Part shown: piece after piece, positions 51,425 through 64,000 of the stretch
Numbering within the stretch: position 1 is the first letter of the stretch
How the letters are laid out: every line of letters begins with the position of its first letter
Source: Dimorphilus gyrociliatus
Taxonomy: Eukaryota; Animalia; Annelida
DNA length: 64,000 nt
Assembly: GCA_904063045.1 (NCBI GenBank)
Contig: CAJFCJ010000024.1
Location: forward strand, 496,001 to 560,000
Direction: 5' to 3'
Made by a program: the position numbers and the translations under genes
The notes under the pieces: generated by a model
Seen by the model: the letters and a program-made list of their open reading frames with translations, nothing else
The model's database searches: none
What the model was told of the DNA's origin: nothing

Positions 51425-54400
51425 GTGAACGCTCATAGGCTTTTTTTTTACATCCGTGCTCTACCTTGTAAAGTTCTTTACAATTCACAAATTTTGCCAA
51501 TTAAAAATTATAAAACGAACAAAAGCTTGAATAGAGAATTATTAGAGCTAGTAATTATTTGCAACTTATCGTATAATACCAACTAAGAGTTGGGTATACA
51601 AAATATGTTAAGTGTAAATAGTTTTACCATTATAAACATCATATCTATATAACCTCGATACTTATGATAAATGTTTTCAAATAAGCAAGAATTACAAGCG
51701 ACGAAAGGAGATATTATTTAAAAATTAATATTATATTCAATAAAAGCTTTGTTACACGTTTCTTTTTAAAGCCAGTCGAATAAAATTATTGTTATTACTT
51801 AAAGATTTTTTCTCTTCATCGTAAGAACAATTCTCTTTTGAAAAAAATTTTCATTAATCAATTTTAAAGATAACTCATTTTTGTAATTTATTGTCCTTAT
51901 TTTGTTACTTGTTACATTTTTTCTAAGACTTATACTGGGGAAGGAGAAAAGAGAAAAGAAACACCATCAACGATGATGAAAGTATCCTAAAAGAGTAGGA
52001 AAAACAGACAAAGCTCAGTGAAAGATTAAATAATGAGAGGAAAGCGTAAAAATTATTTTTATAACCTTTTTTTTTTAATATAGAGCATATCTATTATATT
52101 ATTTATTAGATATATAAGATAGACCTTGAAAATTTGGTAAAAATTCTTTTCTATCTATTTTTTTATCTCTCTCTCTCTCTCTGTCTTTCAATTCCTCTCT
52201 TTATTTCGTTCTCTTTTCTTTCTCTTTATCCATCTGAATATCTATCCATCCACTTCTAACTCTAAAATTAGAAATTTCATGCGTCACGTTGATGACAAAT
52301 GATTTTACTACCTTTGCTCATTGAAATCACGAAGTTTGTAAAATGTGTTCATGATTTATTGAATAGTATTCTTTTTTGTTATTTTTTTCTGCAGGAGTGT
52401 GGAGCGAGCTATAATGAATTATGTATAATTTATCATTATCAAAAGAAAATCTATTTATAATCTAGTTAAACCATGTATTTATAATGTTATTTTTTCACTG
52501 TAAAACTCGTTATAATAAAAATAAACCGGCTTTATAGGTAGACTACCTGTTTGAATTTTACTTATTAATGAATATAATAATAGTTAATGGTCAGAAAACA
52601 GGAAACGCATGGGCAAAGTGAAACTTCCTTCATTTCATAATGATGCTTAATTATGATATTGATTTTTCCATCATATTTATTGATGAATAAAATATTCCTT
52701 CTGGAATCATTTATATTTTATCAGTTGAAGTGTTTTACTATTTATACAATGATTCTATTATTTAGATACTGTTTACGTATTTTACAAAATGTATATGTCA
52801 TAAATCATCTGTCCTAAAATTTTAATGACTTCCTTATTGCTTCTCTTACCGACATTTTTGCTTTTGAAAAAGAATGCAAAGCATAATACTATAAAAGGGA
52901 ACGAAAAAAAGAGAAGTTAAAAAGGAGAGAGAAGGAAAAAAGAAACAAGTAGATCTTTATCATATAGCAAACTATGTACTGTATTAACAGATAAGTACAT
53001 TCTTTTAATAAGGTATTATGTGATAAAATGATATTATTTACTCTACCTAATTGATACCTAATTAATTCTTTTCAGGATATTAAATTAAATCCCTGATAAT
53101 TATATATGTATGTACGATATGAGTATTTGCACGTTTTACCTACACAACAGTGATTGTTAAGGAAAGTAGTGTAGGTAAAAAGCTTTTATTCATTAGAAAC
53201 TTATCTGTAGATGAAGATAAGTAATCTCTTATTCAAACCTTTACTATCTAATCCATGAATTTGCACGCTAATCCAAAGTTATTCATAAAAAATTATCCGC
53301 TTATAAAAAGTCACTTAATATTAGATTGAGAAGGAGAATGCAAAAAGGGTTAATTAGCAATTTTTGGAAGAGTGCATGTTGGTGGAGGTCAAAAGAACTA
53401 GGTAAAGAGAGGGCGGGGGAGGTTGTAAGGCGAGAAAGCTGGAAAAATCTTACAACTATAAATTACAACTCTATTCTTATATCTTAATGTAAGATATTGA
53501 GTTATTTCATATTTTCTTTTGTTCAACGTCTGAAAATTGTAGTAGAAATTGAAAATTACTACAATTTATTAACACTTATTTCCATGTGGATTAAGTCATG
53601 CAGATTTACTAAACTTTTATAACAAGCGCTATTCTGAATAATTTATTAGATTCTATTTTATGTGAGAAGTATTAAAGTTTTTACTGCAAAATTACTTTTT
53701 TCCTTTATTGTTATTTCTACCTATCCAGCTAACTCTTGCTGTTTCTAGAGAAAATAAATATATAAATTCCTACTTTCATTTTATATCTTTATTTACGTAG
53801 TACGAGAAAAAAATAGGGGAAAGTAGTTTTTATATATAAATATATATATATATATGTCTATATTCCTTCCCTTTTTCGTAAACCTTATTTGCTTACTGAT
53901 CAAATGGCATCTTTCTTACGCAAGCTTTGTATAGGCTATGAATCGTAATAGCACCAATTCTTTCCGTAGTCTCATTTAATTACAGGACTAAAGAGGCAAT
54001 ATAATACATAGCAAACAAACAAAAAAAAAACTCAACACACAGTAATAAAAGCGAATACAAACCTTGCTGTGCAAACGATAAATATCGAATGAAAGCTCGT
54101 CTACAAACGCCACCTGTAAACATTTAACTGCAATAAAACCAGACTCTGAAAAAAGAATACGTTATCTCCAATGCAAGTTTTATTCAAAGAAGATACAAGT
54201 AATAATATGTATATTCTTTATTTCTTTCAACGTATGAAAAATATTATATTTTATATATAAATTGTTTATTTTATGCAAATATTTCATTTTAACATAAATC
54301 CAATTAATCATATAGAAAGTGATGAAAAATAGTTTGCGGATTTTTTTCCACAGTATCGAAAGTATTTAACTTTTTTTGCTTGCAAGTATTTATTTTTTTT

Positions 54401-54460
54401 CTATTTTATTTATTATTCAGTCGATTTGTTATTCAAATAAGTCAAATCTTTTGTTTAAAA

Positions 54461-54502
<42 letters not shown>

Positions 54503-56070
54503 ACATCTTTGTTCAAGTACATTGCATTTCTATGTTTATGACTAGGAGAAATGTAAACATTTAAGAACTAACTTGCGGACCTGTTAAATTAAAAAATTGA
54601 ATTAGCAAAAATTAGTTTTAACCATTATATACCGCCTACCCACAGGCTTTTATCCATTACCAGATATTAATAATCCCTTTATATATTTTTTAGTTATTAG
54701 TATTACTGCAGTGTGACAAGTATTTATAAAAGTAGAAAGTGTACTAATTTAGACTTTCATTTATTATAAACTTTATAAAACACGCATTATTCTTTTCCTT
54801 TTATTCCTGTTTTACCTTTGTATTACTTATATAAAAATTCAATTTCTTTATTAAAATTGTTCGTTGGCAAACAAGTATCTTATCATCTTTTTCAAATTTG
54901 TCCATTATATATTTCTATAAAATACTGTCTGGAATGGGTTTTTCTCTCTCTCTCTCTCTCTGCTTTTCTCTGCTTGTCTATCTTTTTACCTTTGCCGCAT
55001 GTAAAGCTTGAGCTTCTCTTTGCGTTCATAAATTTTTTACTATGGTCCTCTTAGTTGTTACTTTTAAATAAGTAAAATTTCTTTGATTTTCAATTTCATG
55101 CTTTAAATAAATTTTTTAATAAAACTTTAAAATAGAATCACACCACTTTTCTTTTAATAAATCTTTTCTTTCATAATAAAAGAGAGATAAATTTACATAA
55201 TTTGTAAATGTGATAGATTAAGGCATAACGAGGCAGAAGAATCCCTCTACTCCACCCACTTTTAGATGAAATACAAGGACCAATCGATTTGTAGAAGAAT
55301 TTTGTTCTTACGCTCTGCTTTATCCACCTTTAAAAAGTGATGACGTAAATAATCTGATCTTATTAAATTAATAATTAAATCTTCGTACAGCGCACAGTAT
55401 GTATAAAATAAGGGGGGTTTATCCTTAGAATACTAAGTAAATAATATATACTTATATTGTCCATATTAAGTATAAGCATTTATTGAACTTGCTTGCGGAA
55501 GAAAAGTAAAGACATAGTTAAGCATCATTTGTAAAACATACTCTATTCATTTACATATTTGATTGGCTACTTAATTTAAAGAAATTCGAAAGCAGATAAC
55601 TAAAAAGTGAAAATAATAAATATTGAAGAAGATATTCTAATTCTAAGAGATAATAAAAATTCCAGTGTAATCTAAATCGCTTACGGCTGTCGTTACAAGG
55701 AGGTTTTCGCGTGATGCTCTCAATAACAACTTTTTTCCAGGTCAATGAGCATAATAGTCTCTTTTGCAAGAATAGTGCTAGAATGATAGCCGAAAATGTT
55801 AATTTACATGTCTTGAATAATAATAAACACCTTCTCGAATAGTCTATAAATAAATAAAAACATATAGCTGATAAGAAAAATAGCAATAACAAACTATAGT
55901 TTGAGTTTTTCTCTTATCCAGGATGCAATATGTGCAGTTTTCCTTACTAATTTCTTACTGTTTCTTATTCTTTACAGTGCATATTCCCCTCCTTTCCTTT
56001 TGCTTAAAGTTACTCCCTAATAGCTCGGACTGTATAACGTTATAGGCAATTTATGTCCAACTTTAGCAAT

Positions 56071-56113
56071 ACGGAAGTGAATGATAAGAAAAATTCGTCG
56101 TTTCCATAGCAAC
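56071..56113. promoter_or_regulatory. RFX X-box with adjacent ETS site
   Basis: GTTTCCATAGCAAC (56100-56113) fits the X-box consensus GTTNCC-AT-RGNAAC; ACGGAAGTG at 56071-56079; local CpG enrichment. Confidence 0.45.
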
Positions 56114-59100
56114 AAACGCTTCGTTAGTCTTGACCCCGATGATTTAGACGCCGGAGACTCTTTTATGCACCGACGCTTTAAATTGTAGTAGCATCACGTG
56201 TGCAAGTGAATTTTATAAGGCTTCAATCAATTTCGATGTTGTCGAAAGGATGCATAACTAAGGAACAATCGTACTTTTATTACAAAGCATTCGCATGATT
56301 GATTTCTCAGATAAGTGTAAAATAGCATGAAATAGCGTCTTAGAAGGATAAATATTAAACACTTTTCATTTTGTCTGTAAACTGTTAAATATGTGAAAAG
56401 TTAAAAGGTACAATATTGTTTATTTAAACTAAATCTTAAAAACTTTCTATCAGTTAGATAATAGCTTGAAAATGTAGAGTGTAGTAATAATGGAAAACAG
56501 TAAAAACAGCACCTTCACTTTGCTAAAGTACTCTTATTCGCTGAAAAAATACACAGAATATCGCACATATGAAAGACTACTGGTTAAGGCCAGGTAAAGT
56601 TCCACAATATTGGCTTTTTTCCCCTTAAAATGTCTGTGCAATTGACACCATTTATCGTCGGAATCGATATGAGCAGTCATCCGCTAATTAGTTCTCATCC
56701 AACCACTAATTTTTCCTCAGTCACGTCTGTCTCGCATCCAAATTTCCATATTTTTTATGTTGAGAATGAAAGTCATTCATCTTTTAAATACATTTGCTAA
56801 AGCGTATAAGACTGTATATTCTTCTTGTTTCTTTCTATATGCTATAATAATTTTTATTCGCTTTTTAATCATTTCGGTTTTTCTTCTCCTCAACTCCGTC
56901 TTCCTCCTTTTTTCATTTTGCACTAAACGTTTTCAAATGTACGGAAAAAAAATGATTAACTGCTCTCTTTACTCTTTTGTTTTCTTTCTCTCTCTCCCTC
57001 TCTCTCTCTCTTGCGCTCTCTCTCTTTCGCTCTCTCTCTTTCTCTCTTCTTTTTTACTTGGCTCTGTCAAGATATCGTATGTCAGCAGCGAACAAGCATG
57101 ATTTCTTGTTAAAAAAAAAAAGAGAGAAGAGGAGAATTTGTTACTCGTGTACTAAAAAGTTTGAAAGGAAATAAAAAAAAGCATTTGAAAAAAGAGGGAG
57201 GAAACTCATCGACCACTTTTCTACTCTTTTTAGAGTGGACTTAGAAAGGAAATAAATTTAGATATTGTAGATGACGTTTCTTGACCTTAATTGGATTTGT
57301 GATGACTGTTAATCGATTTGTATGGCCATAATTTTTCTCAAGTTCTACTTAGAAAAGCAGACTTGTAATTGACTTTCTTTACTTAGAATAAGTAAAAAGT
57401 GAAAGAGTACAATACCTGATTATTCTGGAATATATGATAAGAATAGTATATTTTCCAAATAACTTTTTGTGATTAATAATTATAGTAATAATAAAACATT
57501 CAGCCTATAATTAATCCATATTGTATGAAACGGATAGAAAAAAGAGGAAATTTGAACCTTGAGCATTATTCTACAGTGATCTGCTCTAACAATTATCAAA
57601 TCCGTACAGGCGGCACACAATGAAATAAGCGGATTAAATTTATTCCTTGTTGTTTGCCCTTTCCTAATGCTGTCTTATCGTTTGCTTCATGCGCTAAAAG
57701 TGACTAATAATTGACTATTTTTAATTACAGTTTATAGATAAGCAAAAGAATAAAAAACAACTTTTTTAAAGCTATTTCATTCATTTTTCTGTTTAAAAAT
57801 CATCTTATACTGGTATCATTTGGTTTAAAACTGACCAAATATAAACAATTTCAATACTTTTACAACTAAATTTAAATGTAATTATCCCTTTGATTCTCCT
57901 TGCTCCCTTAATTTATTAAATAAAGATAGAGCAGGATCCTTTTTTCTTTATTCGCTTATTTCTTGCCTTCTGTCTTACCCTATTTTTATAAGTAATTGTA
58001 TAGGAATTCAGTTCCTGAAATAATGACAAATTACTTTCGTCACGTACACCAAAAGTATTTTAGTGTTGTTGAAAAGAAAGAAAATGTCTTCGAATAAATG
58101 ACAAGAGCTATTTTCCTAACACTTCTCCTTTCTCCTTTCCATACGTGATTCCGCTGATAAATATATAGTCACCCAATAACAGGAAAAAAGTTGTTATTTA
58201 TAGAAAGTTAACATTTATTCAAACTAATACTGCTTGTAATATATTCAGCGTTGAACAGGTCTAACTGACCTTTAAGAAATGAAATCCGATTTATCAACAA
58301 GAGGAGATCAATGTTTACAAACGCTTTCATTTCTTATTTTAATTTATTAGCAAATTTTTGTTTTATACTTTTTTCATTTAAATTTTCATATGAAACCTTC
58401 GAAAGAATCATTCTTTTAAAATATACAACAGTTATAGTTTATCTTAATCAGTCAACAGTTGGCTCCATCTACCGGCTTTGATTAATAACCCGAACACTTG
58501 TTTGTTTTCACAACGCACGCTGTATAAACGAAAGTCGATTTGAAAAATTTACGGCTTCGTTAACCTTTGAGGAGAAGAAGGAGGAGAGATAGGAGAGAAG
58601 AAAAGGCTTGTTCTTCTTTTAGAAAAAAGGAGAAATAGAATCTGGAGATTGAATAAAAGAATTATTGATATCATTAAAATTATTTCTTTAAAATCTCTGT
58701 CAAATTTTCTTTATAGAAAAGAAAAATTATAGCTTTTGTTCCTAAGGCATAATTGATTTATCTTTCAATTTAACACCTTTTTCCTTTTTCCAATTTTCAC
58801 CAGGAATTGTTGATAAACAATATCCAAATTAAAAAAAATTTCATCTAATAAAAGTATTAACAAACCTAATGCCTGTTTATAAAATTCTGGTGTAAACTAA
58901 GTGCATTTATTTAAATTCTCCCATGCAATGGTATAGATAATAAAGAATAATAGTAATGATATTTATACAAACGTAAGAATTTATGGTTGCTTCAGGGTTA
59001 ATAAAAATAATTTGATAAGGAAAAGCTCACACTTTGAAACTGTTCAAATGAAAGGAAAAACATTATTTTTGCTTTAAATTATGTTTTTTTTTATTAATTT

Positions 59101-60992
59101 TTCACTTTTCTTTCCATTTCATCTATTTTCTTCATTTTCTTGTAATCCTTTTCAGTAGCTTTTTTAATATCTTTTTTATAATCCTTTTTTATAATCGCTT
59201 GATTTTTACGGAAGATAAATACATGAGAAAGAGATGATGATGATGATGAGGAGGAAGAAGGAGATGAAGGTGATTTGAAGAATTTTTAAAAATTATAAAC
59301 TTTACTTGTTATGTACTGTCTCTGCTTATACAATCTGTATGATGGATCGGATGCTCTTAAATATTGTCTATATCAGCCAATATATGCATATGCTAAATTA
59401 TAACATTGCAAAGTTAGCAGCATCTATTTGCTATGCTTTTTGCCGGATTAATATCATTCAATATGGTAGCTATCATTTTAAAGATGTTGGAAATAAAAGG
59501 TTAATAGACCAAACTGTGAAGCTATTAAAATGAAAGAAATATTTGTTATAGGCTAAATGAAAAACTTTCTGGTATTTATTTATTATTAGATTTTTTTATA
59601 TCCCTTTTTTTTAACAATAGTTGCATAACAACATAAAGAAGAATTTCGATTTATATAATCTATCTCTTTGTATATCTGTCTACAAATTAACTGAATGTCT
59701 TTTAAACTATTTATAGAGAAAAAGGAAGTATAAAGAGTAACAAAAAAAAGAAAGATTTTTAAAAAATTAAAGCCTATAAATGTATTGATTGGCAGTAGCT
59801 TTTTATTTAATGAATAAGAATTAATTTAATAAAATGTATAACAATGAAAAGTAATTAAAATTGAGTATATATATATATAGATATAGATGTGTGTGTATAT
59901 ATATTTGCATAAAGTTAATATCTCTTCTGTATTCTTGTCCATTTTGTCTATTAAGTTCATCTATCAAACACACACCGTCTCTCTCTCATTCTTCCTATTT
60001 TCATATTTATTCACTTAGAATGCATGAATTATGCATAAAAATGTACATATTAATAAATTCAAAATTGATAATTTAATAATACTATGTAAATAAGTTGAAT
60101 ACTTGCAAATATGATCAGAAGTTTTATACATTTTTATTGAATATTCAGTAGAACTGTACTGATAAAAACAATATATGTATATATTCCATTCGTTTATTAT
60201 AGAGCACATAAAATTATCCTGAAAAAGTCCAACCATATATCATATTATTCTGTACATAAATAAATTGTGTGATATAACAACGTGACACATTTGTTTGGTT
60301 TTTCCTTTCGTCTTTAGCTTACATATTTAAACTGCATTTCTTCCATAATACATGAATAGAATGATAAATTTATCAATTTCTACAGTTAACGAGATGACTT
60401 ATGAAGAGGAAATGTTTTAGAAACGATGAAGACCTATTTCCCGAAATAAAAGTATGAAAAGTCTATAGCTCACAGTTGCAGAGAGAATAAAAACCTAAGA
60501 TAAATACTATCAAAAATATATAATATATAATTCTTAATAGTATTAATAGTATAGACTAAAGAGTCGTAGATAAATGAATTTTTTAAATAGCTATAAACTG
60601 TGTACGATAGTCGAGAATTTCTGTGTATATTCTAAATTTCATTTATGTTGTTTTAAAAAAAAAAAACACAGCATAGGTAATCAAGTACGCGAAACCTTCT
60701 CTCCCTTAAGGTGATGAAAGAGTCTTCGTATAAAAAACAAATGAGATAAAATAATATGAAACATAAAGAAAATTTACCAATCAATTTATATAATAGTGTT
60801 TAATAGGAATTATTTTTTTGTTTCCATCCCAAATGCATTGATATAATATATTGATATTATTATTATTAGTAGTATTACTGTATGAATAAAATATGATCCT
60901 ATTCGTCTCCTGAGAAACACGAGATTAAGGAAATAATGTACGGAAAGAAAAGAAGTTTAAGAATGAAACAAAGTTGAGAAAATAGATAATTT

Positions 60993-61253
60993 TTAAAATT
61001 CCGCATCACCAATCATTGATCCATGACCACCTAAACTCCTACCCGAAACTTGACCAGCGTGTGCCTCAGCTTTCTTTAAAAGTCCACATAGTAGGAACAC
61101 GCAAGTTAGCGCAATTAGAATACTGAGTAGAATGATAACAGATGCGTGAGATGCGAACTGCAATTTATCAGAGGTGCGCAATATCGAAACGTCTGTAGCA
61201 AATGTACCGTTCTTTGATGTAGCGTTGATGACGTCATTCGTTACAAGAAGCAT
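60993..61253 (-). CDS. Candidate 86-aa single-pass (type III-like) membrane protein
   Basis: GC-enriched ORF; N-glycosylation sequons NAT and NGT before the hydrophobic stretch ASVIILLSILIALTCVFLLCGLL, followed by KK (positive-inside rule). Upstream acceptor at 61301 and donor at 61780 suggest a 5'UTR intron. Confidence 0.55.
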   Translation of the reverse strand: MLLVTNDVINATSKNGTFATDVSILRTSDKLQFASHASVIILLSILIALTCVFLLCGLLKKAEAHAGQVSGRSLGGHGSMIGDAEF

Positions 61254-64000
61254 TTAAGTAAGCAATTAGCTATTACCTTTGTATATTTGCATAGGCGTGC
61301 CTACAAAACAAGTATTTTGAATATGATTTTCATTTCCAAGTATAAATTTATGAATAATTTATAAACTTAGATAAAAAAGTAATTTCTTTTTATACAAACC
61401 TATGAGAAATGCAAGTAACAAGTTAAAAATATATAAATAAGGATGATATTCGAAACTAAAGGTTTCTATCCGATTGACTAAACAACTTCAAAACTGTTTG
61501 ATGATCGATTCGAACGACTAACTGAAAAAAACTGCAGAGTTCACGGTTCTGTATAGACTGGTTTGCTATTCCTTTTTCCAATTGTAAATGTATAGACACG
61601 CCTTATTTTTTTTTGATTAAGTTATCAAGATATTCTCAAACAGTTTAGTTTTGCCAAATAAACATTTGTTCTGATTAGAGCGTTAATAATACTTATAATA
61701 CACACAAAAAATGAGAGGATTATACAACTATCTTCAATTTTCGTTCCATCATTTTCTACCCCTTTCACCAGCTTTCTTACCGTTTCCGTCATAAACGTTT
61801 CGCTAATATTCCTTTTTTTTATCATATTATATATTATAGTTTAATTGCATGCTGAGCCTTATATTCTATAATATATATACTGTTTATACCATGCATGTAT
61901 ATATATATTCTTTTAATTATAGTTTTATTTACTTCAGTGCACGGAATGAGCTTTTTTGTGTTGAACTTGGCGAAGAGCACTCTTTTTAAGTATATTAAAA
62001 ACCTTGATTTTGTAAGTATAAATATGAATTAAAATTGAAATTTAAAATTTTTTAGCTATTCCTTTGATCATAAAGCAATTACTTTTCTAGTGCTAATTAG
62101 ACGAAATGTAATAAATATCTACTGTTTTTAAAAAGAGGAAACTGGTATTGTTAATCGTTTATATTAAAAAAAAGAGAGAAAGAAGTAACAAATATTCCAG
62201 ATGAAGAGAAGAATTCGGAATAAATTAACTATATAGGTGAGTATATATAATATCTTTGCGTTTAACTTACACCCTGGACAATTTTCTTCGATAATGGGTA
62301 AATGGACATGTTAACTCGATAAACTAATGAAAAATGTAAATGTTACTTTTGTACGAAACGTTATTTAAACGATTTTCAATTAATAACGTACACTCTAGTA
62401 ATATCTTAGAATTTAGTATAAATATATCATTGAGGGAATGGCTTTCTTTACTATGGCAGAGAATATACGATAACAGTGATGAGTAGAGCAGATAACAGAA
62501 ACCGGAAGTTAGGGTAATGGTTCATTTTCTTAAAAAAAAGGAGAAATATTCTACTCGGCTAAAAATAGATGATCATTAGTTGTAAAGTGAAATCTTTTAA
62601 ATCTAATTGGTTAATAAACAATACTTAAATATCAAAATACTTAAAGAGTGTAATTATATTTATTAAACATATCTGACCTATAATTTACTGACTGTTTTAT
62701 ATTAATTACTATTATTTATAATTATTATATACAAGTCATATCGTAATGTTTAATTAAATTTATACAATGTTTTGTATATAATATTAATAGAATAAGTAAA
62801 TTAATAAAGCAGTTCAACTAAACATTATAGCCTACTTGAAATTTTCTTTAATCACTAAATGACAACTATTAAAGAGAAATCTGTTTCCTGCCTGGGAAAT
62901 AGAAATCAATATTCAAATTCATTAGGCCAATAGTCATCATTCGTTCATATAAACTATTAACAATCATTCCAAGTTTTATATTTTAACATTGACAATAAGC
63001 TTAATGTGTCAGTATATTTCAGTAAACGTTACCATTAAAAAACAATACACCCATTCAACTTTACTGTAAAATATTTAGCCTAAAATTTACATCACGCTTG
63101 TTCATACATTCTTTTGTTTCTTATTTGTTTCGACTTCTATCTGTATCTTTTATTCTTTTTCCCCTCACTTTGCTCTATTTTTTTTCTCTTGCAATGCCTT
63201 TTATCATTTATCTCAACGAATCTATCTGTAAATGATCTTCCTCTTATTTCATTGAAATAAGTCATTTAGACTCTTTTTATTCCAACAAACGTATATCTTC
63301 TTTGACAAATTATCCAATTTGTTATTAAGTGGAACAATTTAAAAGTATTATTATTTATTTATTCGTTGTCACTTTAATGAAACGAGATAGAAATATGTGT
63401 AGAATAGAACATCTAGGATATTTAGGTCAATATAAAAAGCAAAACTATGACAGCTTGGATCAATTAAATGAAAGGCTAGTGTACTAATGTAATTAGATTT
63501 TATATAATGAGCTAAACAAAAATATCGTAATGTTTGTTTAGTATTAAATATCGTTTATTAATTTTTTACTATTTAATTAATATTAAATAAATATTATTTA
63601 AATGGTAATTAATTAAATCATATTCTATCTTTTATTTATATCAAATTTATTAAATTTTTATGTAATATTATAAATTCACTATCGTTTAACGAAATTCTTT
63701 CGTAAACTCAACTGACCCATTTATTATTTCCCGTTCAAATTTTACGGATAACTCTCTACCCTCTAGTTTTCTAGGAAAGAATGAAATTAATTAACTAGTT
63801 TAGAAGAGTTTACTTTAAAAAGATAAAAATTATCTTCACTTTCCCTTCTTCTTCTATTTTCCCTAACTTAATTAAAATTAATTACTTAAACAGTATTATC
63901 TATCTCCTTTTCTCTTTATGTACGACGTGATAAGAAAATACAAACTATACACTATATACGCCTACAGTATATTCGTTGTACGAATATTAAATATTCAATT

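Noticed and set aside
59306-59533. 75-aa plus-strand ORF
   Set aside because: No ATG at the listed start, no domain or targeting signal, no coherent splice partners.
1-64000. tRNA, rRNA, snRNA, CRISPR array, intact transposase, selenoprotein/SECIS
   Set aside because: No T-loop GGTTCGA in a cloverleaf context, no regularly spaced repeats, no DDE or RT ORF; IYD is not a selenoenzyme and has no in-frame TGA. A covariance-model scan could still find small RNAs I missed.

Overview
AT-rich eukaryotic (animal) DNA with very short introns (many 58-90 nt) and abundant (TA)n/(GA)n microsatellites. The gene content and intron sizes fit a lophotrochozoan with a compacted genome; the annelid Dimorphilus gyrociliatus is my guess, by inference only. 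Recognisable genes, left to right: IFT22/RABL5 (-, 2 exons); an intronless CYP1-like cytochrome P450 with altered catalytic motifs (-); an intronless ankyrin-repeat/SOCS-box protein (+); iodotyrosine deiodinase IYD (+, 2 exons); an unidentified 500-aa protein (+, 3 exons); an 11-exon Venus kinase receptor (-, ~1278 aa, reconstructed by hand); and ZC3H10 (-). Manual splicing also gave three candidate small genes that are absent or unrecognised in the ORF track: a 73-aa three-exon protein at the left edge, a signal-peptide-bearing spliced locus at 17.3 kb, and an 86-aa single-pass membrane protein at 61 kb. The most interesting observations are: (1) the VKR ectodomain appears to carry a ProX/OpuAC-like binding domain in front of the Venus flytrap; (2) 16 exact copies of TATACAGTATA/TATACTGTATA, matching Tc1/Sleeping-Beauty-type excision footprints; (3) CTCF-like motifs beside most gene starts; (4) a P450 lacking the I-helix Thr and the heme-loop Phe. 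I saw no tRNA, rRNA, CRISPR array or intact transposase, and no clear new multi-gene system.
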